DNA from: Diadema antillarum
Lineage: Eukaryota
Assembly (NCBI RefSeq): GCF_040938485.1
Contig: NW_027271075.1
Coordinates: 496,001 to 560,000 of the forward strand
Direction of reading: 5' to 3'
DNA length: 64,000 nt
This document shows positions 12,391 through 24,537 of this stretch, piece by piece. The stretch's first letter is position 1. Every line of letters starts with the position of its first letter. Made by a program: the position numbers and the translations under genes. The notes under the pieces are model-generated. The model did not search any database, had not been told where the DNA came from, and saw only the letters and a program-made list of their open reading frames with translations.

Positions 12391-13375
12391 GAAGGAGGAA
12401 TAGGTGAAACAATATGCAGATATTACATAACTTTCACGCAAAAGCATGATTAAGCAGGGCTGTCAACATTCCCAAATCAAATTCAGGGCCTGTGAATAAT
12501 AATGATAATATGCAATCCAGAATTCAGAGTGGGGATTTCCCCCTTTTTTCCCCCTCTTTGGGATCAGTTACATCACACCTCTTTTGGTTTTCTTCATACA
12601 ACAGAAAGAACGAAAGGACCAGCAACAATTATCTGTCTGGCATCAAGAAGCTGCTTGTACATTCCATAAACTGGGAGAAAGCTGGGGCAATTTCTATGAG
12701 GGTACTGACTCAACAGGCAGCCAATGGCTCACAGTTATGTATCAAATACTGGAAAACAAAAAGAAGAATGAAAATTGTCTCTCTTCCGCGATCACAATCT
12801 TTTCTTTCTTATGTGTCTGTGTTTGTGTGTAACAAATCAACATTTCCCTTGTTTATACCCTTGCACATACAGGAAATACCAACAGGTCACTGAATAATGT
12901 ATACTTTGAAAAAAAAATGAGGTTAACGTCCTAACATGTAATAAAAATTCAATTCTACGTGATAGTTACATTTTTATATATATGAAATTGCCAGATCATA
13001 AACACGCAATACACAGAAATCCTGGTACATTGTGTTCTGAAAACTGGATTATTTCATGCTCTCTTTATAATACACACATGGTGCATCGAGTATCTCTTTA
13101 GCATTTTCACTTCTCACCACTATACATAGAAATTAGATACATCAAACACTGTGAGTCAAACATCACTAGTTTTTTCGTGTGTGTGTGTTTTTTTTTTTCA
13201 TTGGTTCGGGTCTTTTTTAATATTCTCTTTGTAACAATATGAGCTAGCGTCCCCACATAAATCAGATATGATTAGATGCCACGCACAGCGTAAGAGAAAG
13301 ACAGCATACATGTATGTATCAAAGGCTAATGAAAAACAAAAGCCTGGTAAGTTAAAACCTGTGCCTGGGCATTAA

Positions 13376-13790
13376 AGATGTTGACTTCACCTAAAAGACA
13401 TATAAGTGGCTTCAATCAATGTAGAAATACAATGTATTAGAAGAGCTCATCGGTGGAGACTGAGGAAAATCAATGTCAAAAAGTTTATGAATATTCATAA
13501 CCTTAGTCAAATCCATGTGTCATCACTACCTGATAGGAAGACTGCGACCATTTGTGATGTCACAATAGAGGAATATCAAAGAGGAGGTACACACAGAATT
13601 CAGCACATATTCAGTTTTCTATTATGATGAAAGAGCACTTGACTTATTTCTTTCAGAAGATTGTGAGAATGATATTGCCCTTAACATACATGCAGAACGT
13701 GGCAAAGGAATGTGTACTTTTCATTTAAAAAAAAAAATTAAATTTTGTGGAATTCCATTTACTCTCTATTCATTTGGGGTGACTTCCCCT
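13376..13790. mobile_element. Kolobok-like non-autonomous DNA transposon, left end degenerate
   Basis: Right end ggggtgacttcccct followed by TTAA; left ttaa|agatgttgacttcacc; interior resembles 45583-46158. Confidence 0.5.
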
Positions 13791-13794
13791 TTAA

Positions 13795-14373
13795 AGGGGA
13801 ATTCCGGACCTAATGAAAGTCAGTCTGAAAAGGAGGAGTGACGTTTTCAAAGCAGATGATAATTTTATGAAAATTGAGGAAGACATGAATTTGGGCCTAT
13901 TTCAAAGAAACAGTTCTTGAACAGTCAATATGAATATGCAAATGGTGAATGGATAGTGTCATTCCTTCACAACTTGTTACGCAATCAGTAAAATACAATT
14001 TTTTTAATTTCTTGCTTTTGTTCAAGGCAATAATGCCCCAGTCTCAAATCCTGTGATCTTCCTGATCCTATTCTGAAGTTATTCAACCAGGAATAACATT
14101 ATATTTACACTTTTATTGCAGAAAAAATGAATTTTTGTCTTTTTTTGGGGGGTACATGATCGATGGAAACTTGTGAGGTGATGACGTCATCAGCTTACTC
14201 GTTTACACATTTGTGTCAACTGTTCAAGAACTGTTATGCCAAAATCAGTGAATCTTTGAAATTTCATAACTTTCTTAGTTTTAATCGCATTCTGACCAAA
14301 TTGTCACCGTTTTTCAGGTCATATTTTACTCTTTCTTTTCAGACTAACTTGGAACCGGGTATGGAATTCCCCT
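13795..14373. mobile_element. Kolobok-like non-autonomous DNA transposon
   Basis: Perfect 11-bp TIR AGGGGAATTCC; TTAA on the left (13791-13794) and TTCA on the right (14374-14377). Confidence 0.75.
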
Positions 14374-14378
14374 TTCAC

Positions 14379-14655
14379 GCTCTGCCAAGAGAGAGCTGCT
14401 GCCGTGTTTCTGCCCCGCCCGTACCTCCCGACACCTGCCGGTCTCCGCCGCCTCCTCCTCTTCCTCCTCCTCCGTGATGTCGATGGGTTCCTGCTTGATC
14501 TGGATGGAGGTCTTCAGGGCCTCCTTGGCCTTGGACGGAGAGGGCCTGCCGGGGGAACCAGCCACCCCCGCCGCCGCTGTGGCCCCCACCTCTGACTCCG
14601 ACTCCTCCGCCTCCCGCTCCTCCTGGACCCGATCCTCTCTCCTCTCTTCCACCAG
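14379..14655 (-). CDS. HDAC4: HDAC acidic linker exon: LVEERREDRVQEE...SIQIKQEPIDITEEEEEEE...SSSLLAE(R); 3' boundary uncertain
   Basis: ctcag acceptor, phase 0; IKQE SUMO motif. The donor gtgaaa after 14379 gives the phase 1 needed by the next exon. An alternative phase-0 donor gtacgg after 14425 would need an extra unseen exon. Confidence 0.82.
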
Positions 14656-15705
14656 CTGAGGACCAAAGGATGCACAAAAGAGGTTGGTATAAATGGCACA
14701 ATTTGGTATAAATGCATGCTTGGATAAAAAAAAAGATGCTCTAATCTACACAAAGTCCATCTTTGGATAATGATTCCTCCACATGTTGTGAAACTTGAGG
14801 AAGGAAATTATCTAAGATTTTATATCGTACGATACCACTTCTCCAGGGGTGGAGGTAAGAGGGAGAACACAAGTTCTAGCAGAGATGAACCTACCCTTCT
14901 CTCTCTTACTACTGCATCAGCAGAGGACAGGGATGCGATGAGATCGGTAGAAATGGATGCTTTCATGGCAAAGAGGACAGTATGACATAAAATCGATGAC
15001 TCCCATCGCTTTTCCTTAGGGCTTGGGTAGATTTACTCGAGTCGGGGGCTCAATTTTCGACTTTCAAGATCACAAAATATGACTAGCAAAGAACGTTGAC
15101 ACATTTTGTTTTAAACGGAGAAGAGATGATAGGCACATCTGATCTGACAAAGATGTAAACTTAAGATCTGCGGCTATCTCACTGGATAATGAGGCAAGTA
15201 AGAGGTTTGAGCTCTGCTCTCATATTACAAGGGCAATGGTCCAAGTCCCAGCTGGCACATCGGTGGTGTCTCCGGGCAAACACTTACTGTTGCTAATGTT
15301 ACTCTCCAACCCACGCATGGAGAAATGAAACGATGTCAGGTTGTCACAGTGCCAACGAAATAACAACCTGCCCAGAAATGCTCTTAAAGAGGGCTTAATT
15401 GGGGCATACTCTGTGAAAGGATGTTTAAAGACCCAGCAACGTGGGGACACCATAGAGTGGAATGGCTGGTCCAGCTTGGATATATTCCAGAATGCCCGTC
15501 ATGAATTATGTACAGCTTTTTCACTGATCTCTTGGGTAGGTACACACACAGAGCCAAAGAATCTCCACTGGAGTTGACGGTTACCAATGAATGTACACTT
15601 CAGTGTGCACATTCGCCGACCAATGCTTTTCTTGGTTTTTCGAACGTGCCTCGGTGGGCAGCAAAATGATTTGGGCTATTAATCCCTACGCTGCCAAGTC
15701 TTTAA

Positions 15706-15785
15706 CCCATTGAGGACGGGCTGATTTTGCATTTCCAATAGACACTCACCTGAATATACAGTACATGGGACTAGTCTTCAACGGG
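15706..15785. mobile_element. piggyBac-like MITE (80 bp)
   Basis: TTAA|CCCATTGAGGAC...GTCTTCAACGGG|TAAA; TIR matches at 10 of 12; related copies at 32542 and 37304. Confidence 0.7.
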
Positions 15786-15826
15786 TAAACTATACTCAAT
15801 ACACTTCAAAGCACAAAACTATGTAG

Positions 15827-16302
15827 AACTAGAGAAGCACTCTGAGAGCGCAGACCTCCGCTAAGCAGCTAATTTCCACCAATGATCTTGATCTTTTGCA
15901 GAGATCAGTGATTTCTACCCATACGTACGCATGCTGAAAATTGCCCGATTTCCCAATATACAATCCTTTGGTATGTCATCAATGCCAGCGCGCGGCACGC
16001 CTCGCCCTGGATCAGAAACTGAGAACGCACTTTAGTGCGCGTATGAAAACCTCAAAAATACGCTGCTTGAACTACCAAGTTCATTGATACTACATTGTAC
16101 CTGCCAAAATACTTAAAGTCCTTCATAAAATCCATAAAAATTGCTGGATCACTACTAAAATTTAATCACCTGTTCCTTGTGTCATTCTTGACCTTTCCTG
16201 CAAGTTTCATCGAAATTCGCTCACAACTTTTTGAGTTATTGTGCACACGGACAAACAAACCAACGGTAATGAAAACATAGCCTCCTCCCTTGGCGGAGGT
16301 AA
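15827..16302 (+). mobile_element. Non-autonomous Helentron/Helitron2 (HINE/DINE-1-like) element
   Basis: 5' aactagag start; subterminal acctccgctaag near 15848 is inverted to 3' cttggcggaggt (11 of 12); acaaacaaac simple repeat; 3' cctcc-ggagg stem. Confidence 0.7.
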
Positions 16303-16357
16303 AAAGGGGGAAGGGGTGAAAAGTCATGGTACAGAGATCCTCGGATAATGGTCTCAC

Positions 16358-16517
16358 CTTCTGATGAGCAAGGTTGTTGATGAGCTGGTGTTGCTGTAGT
16401 AACTGCGAGTGGTGGTGTGAGAGGAGCATGGAGTGGGGGCGCTGCGTCGTTGGCGCCTGCTGGTTGTTTGGCAACGGGGCTGAGTGGGTCCGCACCAGCG
16501 GTCTGTGCGTTATCGGT
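16358..16517 (-). CDS. HDAC4: HDAC exon: (R)PITHRPLVRTHSAPLPNNQQAPTTQRPHSMLLSHHHSQLLQQHQLINNLAHQK
   Basis: Pyrimidine tract plus ccag acceptor, gtgaga donor, 160 nt, phase 2 to 0; 14-3-3 site equivalent to S467 (HRPLGRTQSAPLP). Confidence 0.94.
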
Positions 16518-17327
16518 CTGGCGGGACCGAGCGGCACGGAGGAAGAACGAAAGCAAAATCACCATACACACGATATTGAGAAGTGATTAACTTTTGACAG
16601 TTTTAGCTGCCACAGCACAAATTGCAACACAAGCTGTCCCATTCTGACAGATCTTTTAAATACAAAAACTTAAGCGCATTCTCCCCAAGTCAATCAATTT
16701 CCATCCCACCCTCCAAACAAAAAAAGGAACTAATAAGCACATAGACACAACTGCATCTGTGAAAGTAAAGAGAAATCTACCCCAAATATACATGTGGATT
16801 CAGTGAATGCAAAAATCTTTTTAGTGCTCATCAGTGAAGTTTGAGGAAAATCAGACACTACATCTAAATGTAATAAAATGCTAACATTTCAGCTAAATCC
16901 ATGAGACCTCACTGCTTCATAAGATGACTACGATTCACTATGTCACAGTACAGCGTCGATATAAAGAAAATAGAGAATTTAACATAGTTTCCTACTTCTA
17001 GTACAAATGTACATAGGGAGAGTGCATACATTACCTCTTGCAAAAGGGAGGAGTAATAATATTACCCTTCACATATGTCAATAACAAGTTAGGAAGAAGG
17101 GGTACTTTCCATTTCAAAAGAAAGATAAAAGTGCAAGTAACTGTGACCCGTTTCTACAAGTAAGAAGTTTGGCGTCATGTTTCATCTTCCAATAGGTGCA
17201 CAAGAATCCACTGTTAAATGTACAGCATAATCAATGAGGTAAAGTGGGATTTTAGTATAGAGAGCATTAAAAAAAAGAGAAAAAAAAAGAGGATAAGATG
17301 ATGGCCAGCGTCGCCAAGGAAACAGAC

Positions 17328-17457
17328 CTGATTGGCTTGGGATGGATTCCGACGGATGCAGCTGAGATGGCAGCGGTCTGGGCCTGCTGGTAGTCCTGGA
17401 ACGTCATGCCAGGCAGTAGGGCTGGGTTGATGCCGGCGAGGGACAGTGAGGCACCTG
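17328..17457 (-). CDS. HDAC4: HDAC exon: (A)GASLSLAGINPALLPGMTFQDYQQAQTAAISAASVGIHPKPI(R)
   Basis: GC-rich island with cacag/cag acceptor and gtctgt donor; phases 1 to 2 fit both neighbours. Sequence is poorly conserved, so support is structural. Confidence 0.8.
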
Positions 17458-17790
17458 CTGTGAGATTGGCAGAGAGAGGCATGGTGTCCTTTAATAATAA
17501 TATTGTGTCTCATTTACAGTCTGTCATCATTATCATTTTATATATCCCCACTCTCTGCATTCTCACGTTTTACCAACTCTCATTCTTGAAGTGTTCTCAA
17601 GCTCTCCTCTAATCCATTCTGCACGCACCAGACATATCATGTTACTGGACGTAAAGAATGTAAATGTAATGTGTATATAACATACAAGCGTATGTGAGTT
17701 GTTGTGAGGGAATATATCAAGTCACTTGCCGTCTGATCCTACATGGATGCAGTCATGAATCTTGCTCTTTGTAACAGCAGAACGCAAAAG

Positions 17791-17972
17791 NNNNNNNNNN
17801 NNNNNNNNNNNNNNNNNNNNNNNNNNNNNNNNNNNNNNNNNNNNNNNNNNNNNNNNNNNNNNNNNNNNNNNNNNNNNNNNNNNNNNNNNNNNNNNNNNNN
17901 NNNNNNNNNNNNNNNNNNNNNNNNNNNNNNNNNNNNNNNNNNNNNNNNNNNNNNNNNNNNNNNNNNNNNNNN
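17791..17972. other. Assembly gap (182 N)
   Basis: N run. Confidence 1.
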
Positions 17973-18456
17973 TAGCAAGAGAGAGATCGATAGACAGACA
18001 CAGAGAGATACAAGAGTAATATGTGTGCTTAATTGTATACGCTATTGTGTGTGTGCATACATACATGTATGTGCAGTAGCAAGACTGAAGAAATGTACGC
18101 ACATGCTTTTATGTGTATTAACTCTTACAAGCTATAAGCATGTATCATCACTGTTACAAAACAGCTTTCTTCTTGAGAAACCTGTCTCGTTACTCTCTTC
18201 TTTTTTTTCCCCTTGCCCTTTTTTTTATTGCTGTATTGCTCTAATGTAGGGGTCCTTCCATCCATTTCGATGAAAATAACATCCAGTTTGTGCCATTCCT
18301 CTCTGGAAGTACAGCATAGAATGCAAATGACGGCTACGCACGGATATCTTCAGTACATGTACAATTGTAGCTACCAAGGTACATAGATATTGGATGCATG
18401 AAAACGGGAGTGTTGCCAATTCCAAGATTGGGGAGGTGGGGAATACTTGTACTTAC

Positions 18457-18535
18457 CAGGCACTGTAGGAAGGTATGCATTGAGAGGTGCAGCTCCGATC
18501 ATAGTAGCAGTCGGCAAACAGGGCTTCACGGGACC
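18457..18535 (-). CDS. HDAC4: HDAC exon: GPVKPCLPTATMIGAAPLNAYLPTVP
   Basis: Pyrimidine tract plus tacag acceptor, gtaagt donor, 79 nt; supplies the phase 0 to 1 bridge between the 23521 and 17457 exons. Confidence 0.8.
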
Positions 18536-18789
18536 CTGTATCATAAGGAAAGAGAGACGATTTCAGGTTAGGATGGTGTGTCTGTTTCTCCCATACGCAT
18601 CCTCCTGAGTCCTCAAATAGATATCTACACCATTTTAAACTCGGTATACAGCCGCAGAAGAGGCAGCACACAATTCAAACTTCACTAATGCTGAACTACA
18701 GATCAAGGGATTCAAAGATGTTGCTTGTAACTCCCTTTCCCCTGTATTTAAATGCTTAGGGTATCTACTAGTGTGCCTGATAAAGAAAT

Positions 18790-18920
18790 TGTCACTACCA
18801 CTGGGTTACTTTCAATTGATGTCCCTTCTTGGATGTTGAGAGGAATATGGAGGATAAATTTCATGCTGCATCCTATCGATCTCTCATCCTCCAAGGGATG
18901 GGAGTGTGGGAGGACTGGTA
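18790..18920 (+). pseudogene. Possible decayed Penelope-like reverse-transcriptase fragment
   Basis: The plus frame gives *CPFLDVERNMEDKFHAASYR, resembling the PLE RT motif LPFLDV...F.T.VYRK; short and preceded by a stop. Confidence 0.35.
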
Positions 18921-19437
18921 CTGAGATCATGACAATCTTGTGAGAACATTATTATGATGCAGAAAACACCTGCAGAAATGATATTGCAACATCCACTCCC
19001 GGGATGACTCCATCGCTGCAGAAGTTTATCGTCTTGTCCTGCATCAAATTGGCAACACTAACATTCATTGCACATTTCACACTGGAGAGGGATTGAATTG
19101 AGCCTGCTACGTTCAGTCACTGAATATTAAATATCAAGCAGTCATCATATCAAGTGATACCACACACAAATCTATAGATGGTAAAATACATGTGATCAAT
19201 ACACAAAGAAGAGAGAGATGAGAAAAACAGCATATCCGGTACTAAAACGAAGGACGCACTTCGCAACACATTATATGAGATGACATCCTCCTCGTTAACC
19301 ATACATTATTTCCATCATCATACTTTTTTACGGGTATTCTTGAATGTTCAAAAACAGCCACGATTAGCTTCTACTGGTACAACTATGGAATATATGTATG
19401 TATGGGTATGAATATGCACGAATGTATTTTTGTATGT

Positions 19438-19442
<5 letters not shown>

Positions 19443-19500
<58 letters not shown>

Positions 19501-20220
19501 TATATCTCTGTATACCTGTGGACTGAAACTGCAATATAGGAGAGAGGCAGAGATAGGAGAGATATAGATATATGAGACAGAGAGACAAAGAGATGGGGAA
19601 TGGGAAGATATGTAAGAGATATATATATATATATATAGGCTATACAAACTAGAAGAGAGATAGATGTACATATGGGAGAGAGATTGATAGATATAGAAAT
19701 ATATTGTAGAATATATATGGGAGAGAGATTGATAGATATAGAAATATATTGTAGAATATAGGAGAGAGATAGAGAGGAGAGATAGAGAAGAGAGAGAGAA
19801 AGAAAAGGGGAGAGAGAGAGAGAGACAGATATAGGAGAGAAAGAGATATAGGAGATAGATAAAGATAGGAGAGAAATAGATACAGGAGATAGATAGCTGC
19901 AAATATAGGAGAGAAACAGATATTGGACAGAGATACAAGAGAGAGAGAGAGAGAGAGAGATACAAGAGAGAGAGAGGAGAGAAATAGATAGGAGAATGAT
20001 AGATATAGGACAGAGATAGACATACAATATATAGGTGAGAGAGATATGGGAGAGAGATATAGGAGAGAGATATAGGGCAGAGATAGATATAGGAAAGAGT
20101 AAAATAAACATGAGAGAGATAGATTATAGGAAAGAGTAAAATATATATGAGAGAGATAGATTTAGGAGAGAGAGAGATCAATCTGGGGGACAGATAGAGA
20201 TAGGAGACAAAAGGGGGGGG
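19443..20220. repeat. (TA)n microsatellite followed by a degenerate GA/GATA purine-rich tract
   Basis: Direct inspection; includes a roughly 45-bp internal duplication near 19675/19720. Confidence 0.9.
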
Positions 20221-21884
20221 GAAGAGGTAGGTAGGAATTATATCAAAATGTCATCTTCAGGACAACAAAAGACAGAAAAAAAGGCAATATATCAAATTTT
20301 CAGTCTTTCATTTTTCTATGTTATTTATAGTAAACATTTTATTGTTTTACAACACAAAAAATGGTATGAGAGATTCATGGTCAAAATCTCGTTTGATACA
20401 TTCAGCCTGCATACGAATACCCTTACATTCGTAATCATAAACATATTGTAATAAAAAGAAAATTGCCTGAAGCTATACGTATGAGACAAGACGGGATGTT
20501 TTAAAGCATGGAAAACTATCTGTTTCCGCCCAAAGTCAACATCTAGTCACTGACAGATGTTTTTTTCCCTTTCTTCTAAAGCTCAAATGCATAGTTGACA
20601 TTATACTACGTGCTCCCTTTTACGGCTGTGAAATATGAGAGACTATTTCCAGCCATATTTCCTTGTGGCAATAAAAAGAAAAAGAAAAAGAAATGCACAT
20701 ACTTTGGCCTCCAAAGCATGCTCCCTTTGACAGTATGATGCCAAGTGCCTATAATTGGGAAGTTTACTTTCATTCTCTGTAGGTTTGAAGGTCAGCGCAT
20801 TAAAAACAAGAAAACGTGACCAGCACATGCACTAGCAATCTAATACGGTGCACTAGCAATCTAATACGGGTATACTTTGCAATGTTTATATTTGACAATG
20901 TTTATATTTTTGTGAGTTTCACAAGTCAACTCACCACTATCCAATTGACAACTTGCATAATAATATATATTGCCTTCTGAAACACAAATGCATTGTCTAT
21001 CCTATATAAGATGGGAGACTGCCAAATCTTTTGAAAGTGTATAAACACACTTCTCTCTTTTTCTTTCAATATGATTCCAGATCGCGAATCCAATCATTCA
21101 CAAAACTGTCTTTCATGTCCAAACTTGCGAAATATTATGCTCGTAATATTTATGGTATTAAAAAACTTATTTACTAAGACAATATTTACGGTAAGACTCC
21201 ACTGGTTCCAGGAGATACGTCAATGAATTCTATGGCGAACACGATAAAATGAAAATGAGCCTATATCTTCTAATAGAGAGTAGGGAGCCAAGATCTATTT
21301 GTGAGCCATTAAAACACCCCGGCTCCGAGTGCTACTTCTCTTGATAGGGGGGTGACGCGACATTTCGATGCGATGTGACCCCACCACACGACCAGTGTGA
21401 TTTGCCTTTGATGCTTGAGCTGAACCCATTGTTACCAATGAATTCACTCATTCTCGTACAATCAAAAATCTAAATTTTCCATACCTTGATGAGAAAAGGT
21501 TGCATACAGAAACCAGAAAGCTCCACTGAGCAACAATAAATGCATGCAAACTGATTTTAGGGCATTAGTACTCAATTCCCTACTCAAGATTCGGGGGGGG
21601 GGGGGGGGGGGGTGGAGAAGGGGAGGGGGGAACTGGCTTTTCTATACTGAGTTTTGAGTGGCAGAATCAACTTTAGAAGTGTTCCCATTATCATGATCAT
21701 TTAGCATATATGTTGCCAAGTCACAAATCTCTTTATGGTCGAAAAAGTTTGGCAACTAACGCTCCACTCCATTCCGCCCCATCCCATTTTTCCCCTGTAT
21801 GCCCATCCCCAAATTATCCATATCTAACCCCACCCCCACACACCAAAAAGAGAAATTCAACACACCATGCACTCTGTGTTTATC

Positions 21885-21920
<36 letters not shown>

Positions 21921-23520
21921 TTTTCTTCCTTCCTTCCTTTTTTTCTTCACTATTTATTTTCTGGAGGGGAAAGAATTTCGTGAATTACTGGGAAAGTTTT
22001 GGAGGGCAGCATGCCAAGGCAATCTATTCTGACATACACAGCTGTGCAGTGCCAATATTTCAGATGAAATACAAACATTGTTCATATTCGACAACACTCA
22101 AGAGAATATCTGCCTAGAATTCTCACCACAGATTGCCAAATGCAATCGAGTGAAGACAGGGCATTCCTATTCAAAGAAGGATGAATATTGTTCTGCTCAA
22201 CACGAAACATATGATTTGGATGTCACGAATAATTGCTAACAGCGCAACATATCAGGCAAGCGACAGTGTATGATGTGTATGATCCAAGGTTGTACATCAA
22301 ACAGTGCTGTTCAACAGCTTTACAAATAGTACTCTGTCATACTTGCATTTATTGTCAATCAAACCTTGCATTGTAACTGTCATGTGACTTGTCTCATTTT
22401 TACAAATGAGTGTGTCCCTGATCACAAGTAAAAGATGTTCTCTTCATCTAGCTCTAGTTACTCTGTGAATCTGGTGTGAAAGTAGCCAGATATTGCATTA
22501 AGGTTAGAAATCCAAAATTCTGAGTACACTTCACAGCACAAGACAAAAATCACTGAACTGAATGATGGCTCATATGATAAGATAAAAATATGAAAATAAA
22601 GATCTCTACAAACAAAAACAAAATGAAATGAAATAAAACCTAGAAAAGTCTCTGTAGAATGCATATCTTATTTACTTCCTTTGTTTGTTTGTTTTTTACC
22701 CACTTGAACATTATGAAATGAGGCAGAATAAAATAACAGTAAAGTCACGACATCAGCCAGGTGAAAAAGGACTTTGAACATCTTTGAACAAACTTCAGGC
22801 AACAGATGGAGAGGAGCACTTAGCTTAATAGCGCAAAAGTCAGAGATCAATTACCGAGATCCGCTGTTATTTCGCGCATTTCTCCCCCTCCTTCAAAACT
22901 GAGAGCGAATCTGATAAATGAAACCAAATTCTTGGCGAGAGAGGCCTCTGCTTGCACGCCATACCACACTTGGCTGTGCGGGCAGGGGGGTAGCTCTCTC
23001 AAAACTTGGCAGCACATCCATGGGGCAAAAACGTGTTGAGACCATCCATGAATGAAGCAATCAGACAACAGGACGTCCCCAAACTGGCGTAGGCCAATTT
23101 TGAGGAGGCGAGAAATTGGGGGAGGGCCCAAGGGGGGAAGTATGGAGGAAGAGGGAGGGGGAGGGGTAAGGGGTAGGAGTGTCGTGAAATGACACACTGC
23201 AGCATTCTCTGCATCGACGCAGAGCTCTCTGCAGTGATGTCCTATGCCCTCAGTAATCAGTACATATGACCTTTGAACCTACAGTATTTGTGGATATCAA
23301 ATAAGAGTTCAAAGGGGAGAGCCTTCAGAGTTGAAAGCTGAAGGGGTCTGCCTGTATCAAAATTTGTGAGATTCGATTCAACATCTCATTTGAACATTAG
23401 GACTACGAGAAGATGCTCTGCTAATGTGAGTTGAACTGTGATTCAAAAGCAAGTTTTGAGAGAAAGAGAGAGAAAAAAAAAGAAGAGAGAGAGACAGAAA
23501 TGTGTAAATGAAGATCTTAC

Positions 23521-23661
23521 CAAAGGAGGGGAGTGTTGAGGGTTGTTTGCAGCTGGAATTCCAATGGAAATGTTCGGTAGGGAGGGTGAGGTGTAGAGGT
23601 CGCTGGCAGGTCCACTGAAGAGGCGTTGCTTCAGTAGCATCTTAGGGGCACTGCTTGCTTC
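23521..23661 (-). CDS. HDAC4: HDAC exon: EASSAPKMLLKQRLFSGPASDLYTSPSLPNISIGIPAANNPQHSPPL
   Basis: ttccag acceptor, gtaaga donor, 141 nt; conserved LYTSPSLPNI motif. Confidence 0.95.
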
Positions 23662-24427
23662 CTGGAATAGAGGGACAAGTTGATATCAGCACAATTCTCA
23701 ACAGCTCTAAATTTAGGACCACCACCAGAATAAATAGATGAAACAAGGTTACCATCACAACCAAATGAAGTTTCGACACAATTGTGGCCTAAGTAGTCAT
23801 TTGCACGCCTTCTAAACCGACATGAAATTTCCTCTGGGTCCGCTATCATGAAGAGGTGGAATCAAATCCCATGTTTGTTCCACGTGGGGTGGAAAGCCAC
23901 AGAGTTGGATGCAAACTCCATGAAACAATCAAAGACATCCCAATCTTTCCATGCAGAATTCCTGTCCTGGCTTTTTCAATCTGAACAGTATGATTTGAAC
24001 CGTACCCTAAAGATGCTTGTAGGTGCTGGACAAGCAATGACTGATTAGAGATTTCGATGTCAATCTCAAATTCGCCCACAGCCAACCAACACTTCTCAGT
24101 CAGGTCAGCTATCGGTTAGAAAATCACATAATTTCAATGAATAATGCTTGAACTAAATCCCTACAAAAGACTGAGCAATAGCACTCACATGCATGAGCTC
24201 AATGAAAAACTACTGAAAACCTGTACATGCTGTTCTTCTTTCACAGAATGGAACAGAAAGGGCATTCATGATCAACTCAGTCCTTTATAAGAGATTTTCA
24301 GACTAGCTGATTAAAACCATCTACACAAACACTCGCACACACACAAATCATTTACAGTAGCTGATAAATGTGCATCAATGGTGATTTGAAGAATTCCGAA
24401 AAGTTGATTGCGAGTGCTATAATGTAC

Positions 24428-24537
24428 CTCTGGAAGTGCAGCAACCGGTACACCATTGGGACTGTCGGCACCAGCGGCGCCTCCGCTCAGTGGGGAGCTG
24501 GGTCCTGATCCAGGAGCGCTATTCGATGATGTGTCTA
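24428..24537 (-). CDS. HDAC4: HDAC exon: (L)DTSSNSAPGSGPSSPLSGGAAGADSPNGVPVAALPE
   Basis: cag/tag tandem acceptor, gtacat donor; conserved SAPGSGPSSP. Confidence 0.94.

Noticed and set aside
19348-20181. Long I/S/L/Y-rich ORFs (also 9145-9771, 5059-5580)
   Set aside because: Translations of low-complexity repeats lacking stop codons.
22847-23214. GC-richer block after the LYTSPSLP exon as a missing exon
   Set aside because: No frame resembles class IIa HDACs, and phase continuity is satisfied by 18457-18535.
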